In this document: positions 60,220 to 64,000 of the stretch, piece by piece
Numbering within the stretch: position 1 is the stretch's first letter
Layout: the number at the start of each line of letters is the position of its first letter
From: Candidatus Magasanikiibacteriota bacterium
Lineage (GTDB): Bacteria; Patescibacteriota; Patescibacteriia; Magasanikbacterales; GWA2-37-8
DNA length: 64,000 bases
Reading direction: 5' to 3'
NCBI GenBank assembly: GCA_016182085.1
Contig: JACOYB010000004.1
Span: 4,250-68,249 of the forward strand
Program-made: the position numbers and the translations under genes
The notes under the pieces: generated by a model
The model's input: only the letters and a program-made list of their open reading frames with translations
What the model was told of the DNA's origin: nothing
Database searches by the model: none

Positions 60220-60492
60220 AAGGTGAGTCAATCGCAACGGTTGTCAGTGGCACGGCGGCTCAAGCAGGCCGCCGTGCACCCCATTTTAATATAAATCAAA
60301 AAACTGCCGTAGTAGGCAGTTTTTTGATTATAAAAAATTATGCTTATTCGGCTCTTGAAAAAATGGTTAAATTATGGTAGTATTATCTTTCTTGCATAGT
60401 GCTCGGTGGCACCTTTAGAAAGGTGCGCCAAGCCGGTTGCAAGTGTTCGTAAACAACTAGCGCCCGTATTGTGCGGGTGGAGGAATGGTCGC

Positions 60493-60690
60493 ATGATCAC
60501 CTATGATAAGTGGTACAAGCCGTTTGGTTCCGCGCTCGTGTTTCTGGTCATCGCCGTTACGGCGCTGACCATTGCTCATGGGGATCCAAGTTTCCTGTAT
60601 TCCTTGGGTCAGTGGTGGCAGGAGACCCGCTGTCATCTGATCTCTGGCTTTCCTACGGCCATGTGCCCCTACGCACCGCTGTCGTTCTAA
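60493..60690 (+). CDS. small orphan membrane protein
   Basis: GGAGG RBS, ATG 60493, one TM helix. Confidence 0.5.
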   Translation: MITYDKWYKPFGSALVFLVIAVTALTIAHGDPSFLYSLGQWWQETRCHLISGFPTAMCPYAPLSF

Positions 60691-60807
60691 CAGGGGCGAT
60701 GCAGAAGGTTGTTCCACGGATTTATGGGCGAAGCTCTGCGCGAGTCAAGCCCCACGCCTTTTATACATCAATGGTATGGTGTCTAGAAGAAGTGAAATAT
60801 TTTCTAT

Positions 60808-61290
60808 ATGGTTCTTGATAAGAAAAATGAATTAAAGAATTTTATTCTTATTCTTCCCAATATTCGCAGCGGCCACAATGTGGGCGCAATTTTTCGTACG
60901 GCTGATGGCGCGGGCGCAGACAAATTATATCTAACCGGTTATACGCCATGTCCGCCTCATACCCAAGTAGACAAAGTATCGCTGGGAGCGGAAAAATGGA
61001 TGCCGTGGGAATATCACAAGCAAGCCGGAAAATTACTTAAAGAATTAAAGAGAGTAGGGTATAATATAGTGGCTCTTGAACAAACGAAAACCAGCCAGAA
61101 CATATTTAAGTGGAAACCGGTGTTTCCATTGGCGCTGGTTTTAGGAAATGAAAAGACAGGCGTATCCAAAACACTGCTAAAATATTGCGATGAGGCTTTG
61201 GAAATTCCTATGCGCGGAAAGAAAAATAGTTTAAATGTCAGCGTGGCCGCCGGTGTGGCGATGTATCACATTTCAAATTCTAAATACTAA
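60808..61290 (+). CDS. SpoU/TrmH-family RNA methyltransferase
   Basis: NVGAIFRT, LGNE..G, IPM.G...SLNVSVA. Confidence 0.9.
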   Translation: MVLDKKNELKNFILILPNIRSGHNVGAIFRTADGAGADKLYLTGYTPCPPHTQVDKVSLGAEKWMPWEYHKQAGKLLKELKRVGYNIVALEQTKTSQNIFKWKPVFPLALVLGNEKTGVSKTLLKYCDEALEIPMRGKKNSLNVSVAAGVAMYHISNSKY

Positions 61291-61295
61291 ATACA

Positions 61296-62018
61296 ATGCA
61301 ATTCACCATACAACTCTTCAATCATTTGTATAAAAATTTACCGCCACTGGTGCCCGAGTCGGTTGTGTTGGGTATGCAACAGGCGCTTGAAAATTTAGAA
61401 AATAATTCCAATATTAGTCTAGAAGAAATAGAAGACATAATGATTCAGTTTGGTTATCAAGTTTGGGCGTGGAATCAAGCATATAAATACTTTTTGACTG
61501 CAGCCACCGAACAGTTTGGCGATCATTTTTTACTGCCGCGCCTGAGCGATGAGTTGCGCAATAGATACCTATCTTTTCAAACGTATGGCGGTACGTTACA
61601 AGATCTGCATTCTGGGCGTCCGGCATCATTTTTTACGTCCGAGCAGCGAGCTGAACTCTGCGAAAGATTGGTGGAAATGAGACAACATGTAAAGGAATAT
61701 GTAAATAGGGATGTAGTAGGGGTAAACCAAAATTCTTACCTTGCCAAAGTAGAAGAATATAAAGATTTACTGGAAAAAATTAAGTTTAATTTGGAATCCC
61801 TGCGTAATTTTGTGGAAAAGGAAGAAGACGGCTCAACACTAGTTAGTGAAATTAATGCAAAAATTAAAGATTTTGAACATAGTTTATGTTTGCTTGGGTC
61901 AGAAATGGATTATGAGGCGGTGTGTCAGGCCCAAGATTTTTTTGTTGGAAGAAAAGTGGAATTAAGCCGAATGAAGGGTATTAATATTCCTATGCAAATA
62001 GACTTCTTTAATTCTTAA
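61296..62018 (+). CDS. hypothetical protein
   Basis: 240-aa helical ORF in the operon. Confidence 0.7.
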   Translation: MQFTIQLFNHLYKNLPPLVPESVVLGMQQALENLENNSNISLEEIEDIMIQFGYQVWAWNQAYKYFLTAATEQFGDHFLLPRLSDELRNRYLSFQTYGGTLQDLHSGRPASFFTSEQRAELCERLVEMRQHVKEYVNRDVVGVNQNSYLAKVEEYKDLLEKIKFNLESLRNFVEKEEDGSTLVSEINAKIKDFEHSLCLLGSEMDYEAVCQAQDFFVGRKVELSRMKGINIPMQIDFFNS

Positions 62019-62037
62019 GGGACGCGCTTTTGTCTGT

Positions 62038-62760
62038 TTATATTTTCTCCGCTGTTATATAACCTAATTCGCTATTTTCAATATAGCCTTTCCAAAAATC
62101 TTCTCCCATTTTTATTTTTCCTTCATCTGAAATTATTGGTGCATGAGAAGTAATATTTTGAAAGCCAGCTTCCTTAAGTAATTGTTTTATTGTTTCTTCT
62201 TTAAAGTAAGTTGCATGAAGAGATAAAATAAATTTTCCTTGATTGTATAGGTCAATTTGCATGTTTGCCCCATCTATATTCTCATCTAAAGTTTTTTTTG
62301 CTCCAAATTTTTCTAAGTTACTTCCTGAAGGTTTGTCGAAAACTAATACTATTTTGCCATCTGTATTTAATGTATTAAAAAGACGTTGGAAGTAATTAGA
62401 AAGAGTAAGTGTATCAGTGGCATAATTGAGTACAAACGGGCTGTTTATAAAATCAGCTTTGGGTAATTCATCTTTAAAAATATCTGCTAATCTATACTCT
62501 GTTTTTTCAGATTTTATTTTATTTGCAAGTCCGATTTGTTTTTCTGAATTGTCAATACCAATAACTTTTACTGCGCCTTGACTTGCTAGTTGTTCTGTAA
62601 AAAATCCATCTCCACAACCTAAATCTAGTACAGTTTTTCCATCAAGTCGCTCAGCTAATTGTAAAACAGTTGGAAGAATAGAGTATTTTTTATCTGGTTT
62701 TATATCACTTTCACTATATTTCTCTGCTATTTCATTATATCTATTTTCCTGGAAAGGCAT
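62038..62760 (-). CDS. class I SAM-dependent methyltransferase
   Basis: VLDLGCGDG, GIDNS; AT-rich. Confidence 0.85.
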   Translation of the reverse strand: MPFQENRYNEIAEKYSESDIKPDKKYSILPTVLQLAERLDGKTVLDLGCGDGFFTEQLASQGAVKVIGIDNSEKQIGLANKIKSEKTEYRLADIFKDELPKADFINSPFVLNYATDTLTLSNYFQRLFNTLNTDGKIVLVFDKPSGSNLEKFGAKKTLDENIDGANMQIDLYNQGKFILSLHATYFKEETIKQLLKEAGFQNITSHAPIISDEGKIKMGEDFWKGYIENSELGYITAEKI

Positions 62761-62789
62761 ATTGTAGTTTATTCTAACGTATACTGAAA

Positions 62790-63770
62790 TTAGTTTATCT
62801 CAGTTGGTTTTATAGGAGAGAATTGGGAAATGGTTTTAGCCATTTCTTTTTTGTTTAAAGGTATTTTATCGGAAGAAGCAATAGAAATAACATGGCTGCT
62901 ATTTGCAATACCCCATAGCAATGCAGTATCAATGTCTTCTTTATAGAAGCGCGCGGCTAGATATGCCGCGGAAAACGCATCACCAGCACCGGTTTTGGAT
63001 AGCACTTCTACAGGGAAGCTTTCACAGTGCCAAACTTTGTCTTTATTTCCGGCCCAAGCACCCTTGGCGCTATCGGTAAGGGCGACTTCTTTTGCCCCTA
63101 AGTTCAGCAGACCGTCTATACATGCGCGGATTTTTGCCGGATTAAATTTTGTGTTCAAAATTGCTTCCGCTTCTTCTACGTTTAGAATTAACATATCCGT
63201 ACGGGCAATAACTTGTTTTACCAGCGGAATGTTTTTTAATTGCAGAGAGCCCGGGTTATAAGCCAGATGTATTTGTTTGTGTTTATTTAAAAAATCAAGC
63301 ATTTTTTCTTGGAGTGTTTCATAGCCTTCACTAAGACTTGTATAGTAAACCCAATCTATCTGCGGCAGATCTTCATGAAAATCATATTCTCTTTTTTCAT
63401 GATAGGATAAAATAGTTCTTTCTTTTTTAAAATTCAAGACCACTGAATAGCGAGTGGGGGTTTGCTTGTCTACGGAAACAAGATTGGTATGTACTTTTTG
63501 TTTTTTAAGTTCTTCTTTTACCATTTTGCCGCTGGCATCATCGCCAATTGTCGTAAGAATTGCGGTTTTAAGGCCTAAATTTGCCGTCCCCACCGCCACA
63601 TTGGCAGCATTTCCTCCCAAAGCCTGGAAGCTGTGAGTAATGGGAATCTTAGTGGCGAAATTCAAGCAGAGCTGACAGTTTTCTTGATTAAGGTCGCATT
63701 CAAGCGTGGCATTATCTATAAAAACATGCGTATCAATAAGCGCGTCCCCGATGGTGATGAGATTAAACAT
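62790..63770 (-). CDS. PfkB-family carbohydrate kinase
   Basis: GGNAANVA, IGDD..G, N..EA, TGAGDAF. Confidence 0.9.
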   Translation of the reverse strand: MFNLITIGDALIDTHVFIDNATLECDLNQENCQLCLNFATKIPITHSFQALGGNAANVAVGTANLGLKTAILTTIGDDASGKMVKEELKKQKVHTNLVSVDKQTPTRYSVVLNFKKERTILSYHEKREYDFHEDLPQIDWVYYTSLSEGYETLQEKMLDFLNKHKQIHLAYNPGSLQLKNIPLVKQVIARTDMLILNVEEAEAILNTKFNPAKIRACIDGLLNLGAKEVALTDSAKGAWAGNKDKVWHCESFPVEVLSKTGAGDAFSAAYLAARFYKEDIDTALLWGIANSSHVISIASSDKIPLNKKEMAKTISQFSPIKPTEIN

Positions 63771-63862
63771 ATATTAAGGAGTAGTGGGTAAGGTGTAGGG
63801 AGTAGTGAGTGGGTAAAAGTATTTTATTATTACTCTTTACGCCCCACGCCTCACTTTTTTCT

Positions 63863-64000
63863 TTATTTTTTTTCATCAGATGTCGCGATTGAGTGTTTAT
63901 GTTTGCCGATAATGATTTCTATATATTCTATAGAGCTGCCAACCAGTAGTCCGAGCATGGCCAGTGAAAAGATTTTATTGCCAATCCAAATCGAGTAAGT
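63863..64000 (-). CDS. 3' end of a membrane protein (truncated by window edge)
   Basis: Open frame ..IFSLAMLGLLVGSSIEYIEIIIGKHKHSIATSDEKK*. Confidence 0.5.
   Translation of the reverse strand, partial: TYSIWIGNKIFSLAMLGLLVGSSIEYIEIIIGKHKHSIATSDEKK

Overview
Bacterial chromosomal window, most likely a Patescibacteria (CPR) genome. This is inferred from the gene set and style (compact rpoB, Memo-CapA fusion, coiled-coil lytic transglycosylase, AT-rich SD-less starts, many short palindromic intergenic repeats), not from a database match. It contains a CsoR-controlled copper cluster (csoR, DsbD-like, copZ, two P1B ATPases, cfa), uppP, trhO, riboflavin kinase and synthase, malic enzyme, dsbA-VKOR, folB with a CofE-like ligase, corA, three tRNAs (Pro, Phe, Ala), recA, ftsK, rpoBC, yebC-ruvC and three very large secreted proteins. 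The most notable signals are non-coding or sub-genic. (1) A GIY-YIG nuclease gene sits between a hairpin-interrupted 5' stub of tRNA-Phe and an intact tRNA-Phe, and a parallel recoded start stub lies upstream of yebC; together they suggest tiny insertion elements that restore their target gene. (2) Several families of short palindromic elements occur, some nested inside each other. (3) An orphan GC-rich gene has a C-terminus that looks like a DGR variable region. (4) A riboswitch-like leader with terminator and antiterminator precedes folB. (5) A ~165-nt rod-shaped ncRNA candidate has its own promoter and terminator. Several start codons were moved from the supplied ORF track by eye.
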